From assembly GCF_052425735.1 (NCBI RefSeq), contig NC_135769.1, forward strand, positions 20,150,001 to 20,214,000: 64,000 nt of DNA. The letters run 5' to 3'. This DNA is from Oculina patagonica (taxonomy: Eukaryota). The position numbers and the translations under genes are program-made. The notes beneath the pieces are model-generated. The model saw nothing but the letters and a program-made list of their open reading frames with translations. It ran no database searches and was not told the origin of the DNA. Of this stretch, positions 25,491-37,136 are shown piece after piece (the stretch's first letter is position 1; the number at the start of each line of letters is the position of its first letter).

Positions 25491-26359
25491 GTTATTATCG
25501 TTTATTTTTACTTGTCTATGTATATCAAAACCCTTGCTTATAAGCATTCTCATAATGTTCTTCAAAAAACCTGAGCTTTTTCGCCTTTTTCAACAAAGAG
25601 CACAAATCACTTTTAAGCAAATAACGAATTTCCGGCAACAACAACAAACGAGGGAAAGAACGTGCCTTGAATTTTAAATCTATTCCTCAGTGTACAATGA
25701 TCACCTTCATCACGTAATAATTTAACAAACTGCAACGAAGAGCTAATAATGTTTGTTTTTATTAAACAATTTCAATGACAATTCTAAGTGCTTTCCAAAG
25801 AAACATGTTGAGTCTATCGACAGCATCTGGCTTCACGTGACGTTTTTAACTTTCCACTGGCTACATTTTAACTTCAGTTTTTATTCATTTATTGCGTTTT
25901 TCCCTCTCTCATACCTCAAATGTTCGGGAGTTATAACCTTGTTTGACCGACGTTTCCAAGTTTACTTGCCATTAACATATATATAAAAACCTTTTCTGAT
26001 ACCTCCCTCGATTGTTTAATAAAAATGAGAATGACGCAACCAGTCTGGGTTTTGACAGTTTTGAAGTGCTCGTGGTATTATTTTTTAATTTAATTCATTT
26101 TTTTTTCGTTCTCTAGTTTCGTTTTTTTCGATTCCCTGACAAAGAGCGTAATTTTTTCCCTTAGCGAACATCTAGAATACTGAAATACTTTACTGATTTC
26201 GTTAACTGAGGAACTGTTGAGGATCATCGCTTTAGTAGGTAGAAGAATCGTTTTACTAAGTACTTCCTGACGCCCTGGAACCATCTTAGCTTCAGCTTCC
26301 TAAGTAAATTTATATGACAAGCACTTGCTGCCTGAAAGAAACCTGAGTGAGTCGATATC

Positions 26360-27265
26360 ATGAATAAGTCATCTTGTAAATTGATGCTGCAGTACTACCC
26401 CGAAATCTCCGATGCTGAAGACCTTCATTCAACTTACATTGCTAATTGTGTCTTTAACAATTTGTTATCCTATGTCGCCATCATGTTGAACATTGTAACA
26501 ATCCATGTTATAGGAAAAACTTCGTCGTTGCCGAAAACTTTAAAAACATTGCCCCTGAGTCTTGCAGTTTCTGATGTTGGTGTTGGTTTATTGGTTCAAC
26601 CATTTTACATCTCACTTCTGATCTCGTGGTTACAACAAAGCCTTCCCAGCTGTAGCACCTATAAGGTTTTCTTCGTCATTGGGCTGTTCTTTAGTTTAGC
26701 TTCGTTCTTTGGTGTTGTGGCTATAAGTGTAGACAGGTTCTTAGCTGTTCACTTTCATCTCAGATATCAGGAACTTGTGACTCACAAGCGTGTTGTTGCT
26801 GTGGTGATTTCAATATGGGTGTTAAGTGCATTATATTCTTCGATGCCGTTGTGGGTACCGTCCAACATTCGCTCGGTATTAGTTTCCATTGGTACTGTTC
26901 TTGGTCTTCTTCTTACAACACTGGTTTACATCAGAATTTATTTGGTCGTAAGACGGCACAGGAATCAGATTCAGGCCCTGAAAATGGCACAGAATGGCGA
27001 AATGGCAAATTTTGCTGGCCTCATAAAATCTGCAGTCTGTACGTTTTACGTTTGTTATTTGCTTACCATTATCTATTGGGCAGCCCTTGCAAACTACGAC
27101 CCAAGTATCGCTTTGAAGAGAGTTTTGCTTTTCTCGTTGACTCTTATATATCTTAATTCATCTTTAAACCCTGTAATTTACTGTTGGAAGATGAGACACA
27201 TTCGGCACGCAATCATGGACATACTGCGGAACATTTCTTGGCTCAGAAATCGCGCATCACATTAA
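26360..27265 (+). CDS. G6: type B GPCR with in-frame deletions (possibly non-functional)
   Basis: 301 aa open ORF; lacks YLVYLV in TM6 and 3 aa in ICL3; L>P at the start of TM2. Confidence 0.75.
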   Translation: MNKSSCKLMLQYYPEISDAEDLHSTYIANCVFNNLLSYVAIMLNIVTIHVIGKTSSLPKTLKTLPLSLAVSDVGVGLLVQPFYISLLISWLQQSLPSCSTYKVFFVIGLFFSLASFFGVVAISVDRFLAVHFHLRYQELVTHKRVVAVVISIWVLSALYSSMPLWVPSNIRSVLVSIGTVLGLLLTTLVYIRIYLVVRRHRNQIQALKMAQNGEMANFAGLIKSAVCTFYVCYLLTIIYWAALANYDPSIALKRVLLFSLTLIYLNSSLNPVIYCWKMRHIRHAIMDILRNISWLRNRASH

Positions 27266-27413
27266 TCGTAGAGCCCGGGGGAAGGGGGGAGGTCGTAGAG
27301 CCGGCCATGCTGTGCCAGAATTCTCCACATTCAGTGTTGTCATTCTTGAAAAACGTCGTATATACTTACATATATAAGAAAGGCCGCCTCCGATAACATG
27401 AGGACGAGCTTAA

Positions 27414-27843
27414 GGATAGCTCACGAGTGAACGCAGCAAACGAGTGAGATATCGATTTGAACACGAAAAGATTAATTTCATACCTCCAAGCAACCATGTA
27501 TTATTCTGTGTATTATCTTAACCTTCTAATAATGACGTTTTTGACGATTTTCCGAAAATATCCGAAAGTTTTCAAAATGTTGCCCGAACGTCGTAAAAAT
27601 GTTTCCGAACATTTCCGAACTTCTCCGAAAAATTTTCGAAGATAACCGAAGACTGCCGAGAAAGATCCAAAGATGTTTCGATAAACTTTGGCTCATTAAG
27701 CATTGAAACATGCAAAATCTTCGAGCTGATTCGTGATATCACACATGTGTGGATATCATTTTTATCCACCCATGTGTGATACCATTTTTATTAATTTGCT
27801 ACCACTCGCTATACCTGTATACCACTGCAGTTTATATAATAAA
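27414..27843. mobile_element. Truncated hairpin-type interspersed repeat (same class as 60630-61680)
   Basis: Shares the CGAGTGA.CG.AGC.AACGAGTGAG motif and the TTATATAATAAA end with 60630-61680; interrupts GPCR 3' flank homology. Confidence 0.5.
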
Positions 27844-27902
27844 TACAATACTGAAAAAGGATACAAATAGAATCGACATAGCTTTACTAAAATGAATATC
27901 TC

Positions 27903-28062
27903 CCAGCAAAATTTGCCATTTTGCCATTCTGTGCCATTTGCAGGGCCTGAATCTGATTCCTGTGCCGTCTTACGACCAAATAAATTCTGATGTAAACCAG
28001 TGTTGTAAGAAGAAGACCAAGAACAGTGCCAATGGAAACTAATACCGAGCGAATGTTGGACG
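27903..28062 (-). pseudogene. Inverted 160-bp fragment of a G6-type GPCR CDS (ECL2-TM5-ICL3)
   Basis: Reverse complement of 26859-27018, including the 9-bp ICL3 deletion seen in G6 and G13. Confidence 0.85.
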
Positions 28063-28260
28063 TCTGATATTATTTTTCTTCGGGATCCGTCAAAAATGCT
28101 ACTGAACTCAGTGCTTTAGAAATCAAGCTCACCTATAAAAATTCCTTCCTCGTATTTATGTTTCTTCAGTATTTTAACACCCAGTTTTTTAAAAGACGCT
28201 CTTATTTCCGCTTCAGCCCGAGCTCAGAGCGGTCCTTGTTATCAGTATGGAAATTGTTAA

Positions 28261-28831
28261 TTAGCAACAGCAACTCCGAAGGTGAGCATGGCCGGTCCTG
28301 TGTTTTGCGCAATTTCTGATCCAAGACATGTTCCGCAGTATGTCCATGATAGCGTATCGAATGTGTCTCATTTTCCAACAGTAAATTACAGGGTTCAAAG
28401 ATGAATTAAGAAATACGAGCGTGAAGGAAAATAGAAAAAATCTCTTCAAAGCGATACTCGGGCCTAGTTTTTTAAGGGAGGCCAAGCTGATAAAGTATGG
28501 CAAATAACAAGCCAAAAACACGAGAAATACGTAGAATATACCGACTGCAGATTTAACGATTATAGCAAAATTTGTCATTTCTTCAGTCTGTGCTACTTGT
28601 TGTACTTGCAGGGCCTGAATCTGATTCTTGTGGCGTCGCACGGCTGAATAAATCTTGATGTAATTAGAGCGAGACCAACAACTATTAAAATGCCATCAAA
28701 TTGGGAGCGAATATCGAGGGTAGCCCACCACAGCATTAGAGAAAGAAATACACTAAACACCCATATTAAGATCACTACAGCAACAACACGCTTGTCACAA
28801 GTTCCTGATATCTGAGATGAAGATGAATAGC
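28261..28831 (-). pseudogene. G7 3' half: GPCR pseudogene (5' end at 34174-34213)
   Basis: AIHLHLRYQELV..KRVVAVV through NPVIYCWKMRHIR; small frameshifting deletions and loss of the normal stop. Confidence 0.88.
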
Positions 28832-31800
28832 AATTATCTAATTGAAATGAAAGCAACGCCTTGGCCATGCCATCCCGCTGACACAGAGGGCAGCAAAGTG
28901 AAAATTCCAACGCAATTACATTGATTTCTTGTTGGAGTTATGACTCAAAACCCTGAAAATGAGAATCCGCCGCAGAGAGTTGTTTCCCTTGTAGAGTCTT
29001 TCGGCCAAGACTTGATTTATGCTGTAACATGTGGCCAGTACAAACCACCAAAAGCATTAAACTGGAAACACTGAGATCATCAAGACCCTTAATCGATTTG
29101 GGCATTGTATCTCATACAGCCAAATGGAGGAAAATGATACAGCTCTATGCTTGCCAAAGTTAGCGCAAGGCCTGAACGAGAGAGTGTTGCTTCCTTCTTC
29201 CATCAAACCAAATGTCTTCACAACTATTGCGTGGGATAATATAGAAAGACTCGAGGAAACGCTTTCTGGTCATGGTACATCCCATCGTGTTAATGGGATA
29301 GCAGTTCAACCAAGAGTGTTTGGACCTGACCCACCGCCTGTCAAGCCTCCATCTGTTGCTAGATCGAAGCAAAGAACACTGACCCTCGCAAAGCAAGCCG
29401 AATTGCCTGTCTATGTTGCTGGAAGCCGAGCGGGTCCCCATCCACTTATTACTAAAGACGACCATGCAAGCAATGTTAACGATGCAGCGAAGCAAGCTAG
29501 CAACAAAAACATGCTCTGGATCCTAAGCAGACAGGCTGATACTAGCCATCAACAGATACCCAGCTGGACAGGGTTTAACATCAAGACAAGGGATCAAGAG
29601 CCTGTATCGCAAGATGTCGTCCACTAAATGCCCCTGCTAGCGACTTAACAACTGTGTTTGAAATCTTAAACCAGTCCGAGGAGATAAGAAGAAAGCTGTG
29701 CTTAAATGCAATCGTAGTGGTCATTGACCAGGCTTTGTTTGCCAATGCAGCTGAAATTTGTTACAAGGAAGAATGTTTTTCTCAAATTATCCTGAGGATG
29801 GGTACCTTTCATACAATTTGAAACATGTTTTCAATTCTCGGAAAGCAGTGTGGCGATGAGGATTGAAGGATGTGTCGGAGGGGTCAGTTAATGGCGTCCT
29901 CGATGGCAAACATTACAACCGAGCTGTGAGAGTCCATAAGTATGTATATGAAGGTCTGACGCGCCTTGCGTGGGAGGAATTCATGAAGTGGCTGAAGAGT
30001 AGTGACCTAAGCTCCTAACTATTGTCAATCTGTTGTTGGAGCGGATAAGTAATGTGGCAGGTGATCTGAGGCAGGAAGTGGCTGAAGAGATTCTCCAGAG
30101 TCGCTTGTTAACATTTGTCATGATCGTGTGGAGAGAGTTTCTCGAGAAACTACCCTGTAACAATGGAGAATTGTCGTCTTTTTGGATGACCTTCGTGGAT
30201 TTGGTGAAAGGGGTGGTACTTGGCCTTTTGCGTGCCTTACGTGAGGGCAACTGGGATCTTTATCTAACAACCATCCGGATGATGATCCCGTGGTGCTTTG
30301 CGTATGATAAGGTTAATTACGTGAGCAAAATTTAAAGCACACAGACTTCCAGCGATCGCGTATTACAAAGGATGAACAAGCTGTTTCTGCGGTGGTTGAA
30401 CTAATCAGAGGCTGGACCAATCCCTTCTCTGGGAACCAGGATCTCGTCAGCATCTCGACAGCGAAGGCGGCTCCGAAGGAGATCACAACAGACCTGATGA
30501 AAGCGCAAGAAATCGGCAAGAAATGCTACAAAACGTTTAAAGAAGAGCGCCCAGAGAAAGTTCCACAGAAGTTTCACGACCCCTTAAAAGCTAATAAGCT
30601 GGAGACCTTCAGTATCGTAACCTGAGTTAAAAGAAGCAAATCGCCTCTGGTGGTAAAACAGTTGCACTCAAGGCTGATAGGTCTCTTTTCGGCAGGATCG
30701 TTGTAATGGCACAGGGAAGAAATCTGCAGATGGACGACATTCTTTCACATCCTCTGGGACCGTTGCCCTGGGCTTTAGCTACCCCTGATGGTTTCCTTCG
30801 AAAGACCAACAAGGCTGCTTTGGCAACTTTGCTTCAGAAGAATGTGCAACAAGCTGAACAGATTCCAAGTAACGCTGCTGCCATTATCGATGAAATGAGC
30901 TTGGTGCAGAAAGTGAATGCTGACCACTTGTCTTTTGGAGATGTTGCCGATGCAGTTCTGAATATGGCGCTGAGAGAGGGTGCACAGTGCAAGCAAATAT
31001 ATATAGTATTTGACACATACCAAGAAATGTCAATCAAGAACAGCGAGAGATCTTTACGAGGCGAATAAAGTGGGAATCTCCTCCAGAATATTACTAGTGC
31101 TCAGATAGTTAGACAGTGGCGAAGTTTCCTGGCAAATGTTAACAACAAAAGGGCTCTGATTAGTTTTATCGTTCGTGAATGGAAGGCAGAGAAGTTTAGA
31201 CAGAAGCTTAACGACAAAGAGCTGTATGTGACGACTGAGTCATTGTGCTTCAAAATAACCTCCCAAGCCAGCGAAGAGGTACAAGCCTTACAGTGCAAGC
31301 AAGAGGAGGCAGCCGGTCGATTGCTTCTGCATGCATCGCACGCTAGCAAAGAAGGCTACACCTCAGTCATGATCTGTTCGGAAGACACGGACGTATTCAT
31401 TATGTCAGTTGCAGTTGCTAGCGAAATTGCGTCATCTCTGTTTATCAAATGTGGAAGCAGAAACCGCACAAAGATCATCGATGTCAACAGAGGTTACGAT
31501 ACTGAAGGTCTCCAGCTTATTAGCTTTTTTTGTGTATAAACGGGGAGGTATCAGAGACTTGCCCTATTGACCTAGGTGTGCCACAAGGAAGTATCCTAGG
31601 CCCGCTTCTATTTAATGTTTACATTAACAGCTTGTCAGCTGCTGTAACGAAGAGTGAACTCCTACTGTATGCGGATGATGCTGTTTTAATAGCTGCTGCG
31701 TCGACACCCCAAGAGCTTAATGATACCCTTCGACATGACTTCACCCTAATCTCCGACTGGTACACCAACAAAAGTTAACGCTTAACGTGAAGAAGACTAA

Positions 31801-34173
31801 ACTGATGCTTTCGGGTAGCAAGACAATGTTGTCTCTGTTTAACGACTTCCAGTTTTCTACTGATGAAGGGCAAATAAATCGTGTTTCGTCTTTCAAGTAT
31901 CTAGGCGTATTATTGGATGAGAGATGGAAATGGAAAATGCACGTCAATAGCCTCTTACAAAAATTAGGACATCGCCTGTCAGTCTTTAATCGAATCTATC
32001 ATATGCTGGATCAGAAAAGTCTCATGGCATATATTTTAATGGCCTTGTCCTACCACACCTAGATTACGCAGATATTGTCTGACCTGATATCTGATATTGA
32101 CCAGCCTGGTCTTGCAACACAGATGACACAATTACAATATTTTCAAAATCGTTTTGCGAAGAAGATCGTCAAGTCGAAAATGTCATCAGCGGTGGGTGTC
32201 TTTAAATGCGAGGCGGTTCGGTCATCGGTGTTGTGTTGTGCAAGATGCAATGAAAGGTGGCATCCCCGAACATTTCGGTGTTTTCAGATCCACCATGAAC
32301 CAACAACACGGTTATAATACCCGAAATGGCTACATGCCCAAAGTCAGTAGGCCAAGAACGGAATGGGGAAAATGCAAAACATTTTATAAAGCCATTAATG
32401 ACTGGGCCACACTACCTAGTGTTTTAAAGAAACTGATGCCGAAAACTATTTTTAAATACAAACAGAAACAGTTTTTATTAAATCATTTTTAACCTTAGTT
32501 AGTAGTATTTTAATTCTTGTTCTTAATTTTAATCTTAGTTAGCGTACCGCATAGGTCTTATCTTTTTATTATATTTTAGATTTTAATGTATTTTAAGGTT
32601 AAACATTTATTTTTTTAGAGGACCCTCCTGAAAACCACCCCTAGGTGATTGGAGGCCTCCTCTTAAAATATTATGTATTATTATTATTTTTTTATTTATA
32701 GAGTTGCTAACGTTTGCGGCCGAGATGTTTGCAAGGCGGTAACTGGAATGCACGCTTTAATATACTGGATGTGATTCAGTAAGTACCTTTGCTGGAAGAG
32801 GAAAAGCACAAGCACTGAATCTAGTGGTAAGTGACAAACAGACCCGTGAAACCTTCACTGAGGTAGGAGAGGAGTGGGATTTCTCATCAGACCTGTTCAA
32901 AAGGTTGGAGGCTGTGACTTGCAAGCTCTATGCTTCGAAAACAACCACCACAACAGTCAATGAGCTTAGATATCAGCTATTCTGTGCGAAACGGGGAGAA
33001 ATAGAGAGTCATCAGCTTCCGTCATGTAGGGATTGTCTGGCAAAGCACTCTCAGAGAGCTAATTACCAGGCTGCGATATGGAAACGATGCCTTCTTCCGG
33101 ATCCACAAGTACCAAGCCCTATTGGGAGGGGCTGGAAAATTGAGAGAGATGAAGGCGTGGAACAGCTAGTAGTCGACTGGATGGCCGGAAAGCCAGCCCC
33201 AGAGGTAATCCTCGAGCTTTTGTCGTGCAACTGCATGAAACACTGTTCTTCTACTCGATGCGTTTGCGTGGCAAATGGAATGAAGTGTACAGACGTGCAG
33301 ACTGCACAACTGTGAAAACCAGCCATCTGTTGAAGAGGAAGAGAGCACCCTAGAGGAAGCGCAGGAATTTGACAGTGACGACGATTATTAAAACAATCGT
33401 AATTTGGTTTGTCGACCGAGGCTGTGACTTCAAACTGTTTATAACTTTCCCAACTTGATTGACAAAAATATTTTTGTAATGAAAATTGTCTACAAAGCTA
33501 AAAGATGTGTAAAAAAGGAATGTTTTTTAAGAAACTGCCAAATAAGTAATTAAATTCGTTCTCTTTTGTAAATCACGTGTCAGTTCACGTGATGTTTTGA
33601 AGAAGTAGATAAGTTGAAATTAACATACAGCGTTCAGGATTATTTCTTAGCTTTTTTAATCCATTTTTCTGCGATTATGGCTCACCCTCGTTTTCATGCT
33701 GAAAAGAAACTTTCAAAGAGCATCCTCTCCACAAACTTCCACCGATGAGTTGCTATCAGGCATTTTCCGAACTGTTACTACTATACCTTCCTAAAAATTA
33801 CCAGTAAGATTATTCCCCCGGATGATACCGAGCAACCAGCTGGCTATGGACTACAACAAGTACCATTCTCCTCTCTCGCGAATGTTAATTGAACTTCGAA
33901 CGGTTCAACTATAAAGGACTTTAGGTAGAGTTTATTGTTTAAATTAACCTAGAATCACAGAATTTGGTCCAAAATATACCATGCAAATTTACAAATGGTG
34001 GACCTTCAACCCAAAGGACCATATTGAATGTAAATATTCTAAGTATAGAGATATCATCTACCTTTGTTTATTTAATTTGATAATTTTTTCACAATGAGTG
34101 GACTTCCAAGGCTCGTGAGGGGGGGGGGGGGGGGTGCGGACGCACCCGTCGCACCCTCCTCCCTACGGGCCTG
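28832..34173 (+). mobile_element. AcademX-like DNA transposon, decayed, left end deleted
   Basis: WDNI..LEETLSG.GTSH, IDQALF, MGTFH, REGNWDL and FAYDKVNY (transposase); EEA..RLLLHA, SEDTDV and HAL.TGCD..S.FAGRGK (XPG/FEN-like nuclease); C-terminal CNC..HC...RCVC......CT Cys cluster; right TIR ...CCCTACGGGCCTG ends at 34173. Confidence 0.75.
31493..32699 (+). mobile_element. CR1/L2-group LINE 3' fragment nested in the Academ element
   Basis: GVPQGSILGPLLF, YADD and FKYLGV; (TAT)n/T-rich tail; TSD AGAG at 31489-31492 and 32700-32703; removal rejoins IDVNR|VANVCG. Confidence 0.88.
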
Positions 34174-34213
34174 TGAAGTACCGTAGCAATACTATACAAA
34201 ATGATTTCTTCAT
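34174..34213 (-). pseudogene. G7 5' end (first 13 codons)
   Basis: MKKSFCIVLLRYF, homologous to G9 MKKSFCEALLQYY; upstream flank 34214-34705 matches G9's upstream flank 42647-43065. Confidence 0.85.
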
Positions 34214-34477
34214 GATATCAACTCGAGGTTTCTTTAGCGCACTGAGCGTATCACATAAAAATTGATTTACAAAGCTAATCAGTTTGTTTTCTATGAGCCT
34301 TCAGACCTTTACATACTATAGTAATGATTCTCAGGAAACCAAGGTTGTTCCGACATTTACAGGAGTGTTTACGTAGTAAATGGTTTGAAAACAAGAGCAT
34401 CAGTAGTTCGTATAGTGTTATAGTCCGGGTGAAAGTAGTTCTGAAAATCCGATTCTGAAAAAAAAAACTGTTGTTGG

Positions 34478-34522
34478 TGACTGACGTTTCGACAACCTGA
34501 GCGGAAGTTATCTTCAGAGTCA
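34478..34522 (-). ncRNA. Minimal hammerhead ribozyme motif in a short PLE-derived repeat (about 34372-34525)
   Basis: tgact-CTGAAGA-taacttccgctcaggttgtc-GAAA-cg-TC-agtca: 5-bp stem I, canonical CUGANGA/GAAA/UH core, weak stem II. Confidence 0.65.
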
Positions 34523-34922
34523 AGTAAAACAACTTGCTTAGTTTGCTAATCGATGGTGCATCAGCAGACTGTTTCAAGTTTCATACGCCGTGTAGCGTGC
34601 GCTACTGAAACACTGGGAGAGATCCACTGCTAAGTGTAGCTGGGTGTTTTGCCGGCAGAAACGTATTGCTCAAGTAAATTCTGGGTGTTTTCAGGAAGTA
34701 ATTCGCAACGTTTTTCGCGAACGTTGAGCCCGTACCAAATTACGTTTTGTCATTGTTTTAAAAGACAAAACTGTTTAAATCTTTACAAAGACATCGAGTT
34801 GAACAATTGACAGACATTAGAATAAACGTTTAATTAAACCATCAGCACTTCAATAGCTGTCAATACACCAAAACTTAATAAAAACGGCTGGCGTAATTCT
34901 TAGGTTAATCTAGACTAATGGT

Positions 34923-35078
34923 GGATTTCCACTATTTCCACCATTACGTGCGTGAAAAAATTTAGAGACAATGTATGAACGATTTGCGTAAACATGTACG
35001 CAAGTCGTTCATACATTGTCTCTAAATTTTTTTCACGCACGTTAACGCACGTAAAAAATTACGCGTCAGTGGAAATCC
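34923..35078. repeat. Palindromic MITE, independent insertion of the 14970 family
   Basis: Same arms with different flanks; absent from the paralogous region near 45385. Confidence 0.8.
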
Positions 35079-36203
35079 CCTTTAAACTGTGCTGCGCAAT
35101 AGATGCAATACATTCAAAATAGAAACACCCTGCGTAACACCATGATGTTTCTAACATTTACTTGCGAACATTTTGAATAAAACTTTTGAATGTTTTAATT
35201 CTTAGGTTGATTACTAAACGATTGCGGAATTAACAGAAAGAGTTTTTAAATGTTAATGGCTTGTTAACCTGCAAACGTCTAGTTCCTCCTTTAATCAATT
35301 TAGAAAACTCAGTCTATTTCTTTGTTACTCGAGTATTCGTGAACATTTGTCGATATAAAGAGCGGAAAAATAAAATAAATGAAGCCGGTGGCAAGCGCGG
35401 AAACTTCACGTAAAGCCAATATTTGACTCAAGCCAACGTTTGACTCAAGTTTCCGTTTGAAAGCATTGTCTCTCGAAATGTTACGCCGTGACAGATTTTC
35501 TTAGCTCTTTTTGAAGCTTGTTTAAATGTCACATAAACAAAAAAATTATCCAGGACTCGTTCTTTCCGCTGGAAACTCGGTATTTGCTTAGAAATAATAT
35601 GTGCTCTTTGCTGAGAAGACAAAAACTGCTTACTAATAGGTATTTCCATGACAGACTGAGAATGGAGAAGAATAAAATTGAATGAGAATTGAAGAAGACT
35701 TTCAATAAGACCATCTGCAACCCACTGACAATCAATTTGTATAAACATCTGTCAACAAAGGTTTCTAGTTCCCCTTTCCCCTGTCATAGCTAAACAGTGA
35801 ACAACAAATCCAACGCGTGCAAGCTCCGCACTTTTAACTTCCACGTTCTTTCTTTGAAAAGAAAGTAAATCTACAAATAAAACGTTCTTATTTAAAAAAG
35901 ATAAAAGTACAAGTTCTCGTTCCTTTGGTATGTGGAATATGTCTGTTATTTTTATTTTTTCAGAATCACAAAAATGTCACTAAACTAAGTGTTTAAGAAA
36001 TCACTAAGCTATAAAAATTCCTTTCTTGTATATAGATATATTTTTCAGTTCTATATTACTCAGTTTTAACACGCTCTCGTTTGTCCTCATGCAACACATG
36101 TTCACACAATTCGCGGTCTCTGTTATATACAAAAGGCGTTTATTAGCAACAGCAACTCCAAATGCGTGGAATCCAGACATAGCACTGATCACCGGCCCTG
36201 CGA

Positions 36204-37136
36204 TTAGAGTGATGCACGATTTCTGATCCAAGACATGTTCCGCAGTATGTCCATGATAGCGTGTCGAATGTGTCTCATCTTCCAACAGTAAATTACAGGG
36301 TTCAAAGATGAATTAAGAAACACGAGCGTCAAGGAGAAAAGAAAAAATCTTTTCAAAGTGATACTCGGCCCTAGGTTTTTAAGGGCGGCCAAGCTGATAA
36401 AGTGTGGCAAATAACAAAGCAAAAACACGAGATAAACGTAAAATATACCGACTACAGATTTAATGAGGCTCGCAAAATTTGCTTTTTCGTCAGTCTGTGC
36501 TACTTGTTGTACTTGGAGGGCCTGAACCTGATTCTTGTGGCGTCGGACGGCTAAATAAATCCTTATGTAGAGCATTATCGTAAAAACGAGACCAACAACC
36601 ATTAAAATGCCTGTAAATAAAGTAAGAATGTCACGCGGAGCCCACCACGGCATTAGAGAAAGAAATACACTTAACACCCATATTGAGATCACCACAGCAA
36701 CAACACGCTTGTGAGTCACAAGTTCCTGATATCTGAGATGAAGATGAATAGCTAAGAACCTGTCTACACTTACAGCCACAACACCAAAGAACGAAGCTGC
36801 AGAAAACAAATGCCCAACGAGGAAAAAAACTTCATGGATGCTACAGCTTGCCGTGCTTGTTTGTATCCACTTGACCAGAAGTGAAATATATAGCGGTTGA
36901 GCCAATAAAGCAACACCAACATCAGAAACAGCAAGACTCAGGAGCAATGTTTTTAAAGTCTTAGGCAACGACGAAGTTTTTCTTATCGTGTAAATTGTTA
37001 CAATGTTCAACATGATTGTGGTATAGGATAAAAAATTGTTGAAGACACAATTAGCGACGGAAGTTGAATGAAGGTCTTCAACATCGTAGATTTCGGGGTA
37101 GTACTGCAGCATCAATTCACAAGATGACTCATTCAT
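36204..37136 (-). CDS. G8: class A orphan GPCR
   Basis: 310 aa intact ORF with all family motifs. Confidence 0.92.
   Translation of the reverse strand: MNESSCELMLQYYPEIYDVEDLHSTSVANCVFNNFLSYTTIMLNIVTIYTIRKTSSLPKTLKTLLLSLAVSDVGVALLAQPLYISLLVKWIQTSTASCSIHEVFFLVGHLFSAASFFGVVAVSVDRFLAIHLHLRYQELVTHKRVVAVVISIWVLSVFLSLMPWWAPRDILTLFTGILMVVGLVFTIMLYIRIYLAVRRHKNQVQALQVQQVAQTDEKANFASLIKSVVGIFYVYLVFLLCYLPHFISLAALKNLGPSITLKRFFLFSLTLVFLNSSLNPVIYCWKMRHIRHAIMDILRNMSWIRNRASL

Larger units (their letters stand above)
23675..25544. mobile_element. Penelope-like element (RT fragment + GIY-YIG endonuclease), inverted 5'-truncated insertion
   Basis: DGVAMGSPLGPLLANVFM..YKRYIDD (PLE RT) and VVYRFQC..YVGYT.RHLHQRVDEH..E..I....PSLN (GIY-YIG); arms 23673-24533 and 24659-25519; TSD CATTCT(T/C)ATAAT at 23663-23674 and 25545-25556; empty site near 8320. 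Confidence 0.92.

Noticed and set aside
26815-27396. Recurrent alternative-frame ORFs (MGVKC.., MEDETHS..) overlapping the GPCRs
   Set aside because: They recur only because the underlying DNA blocks are homogenised; lengths and stops are not conserved between copies.
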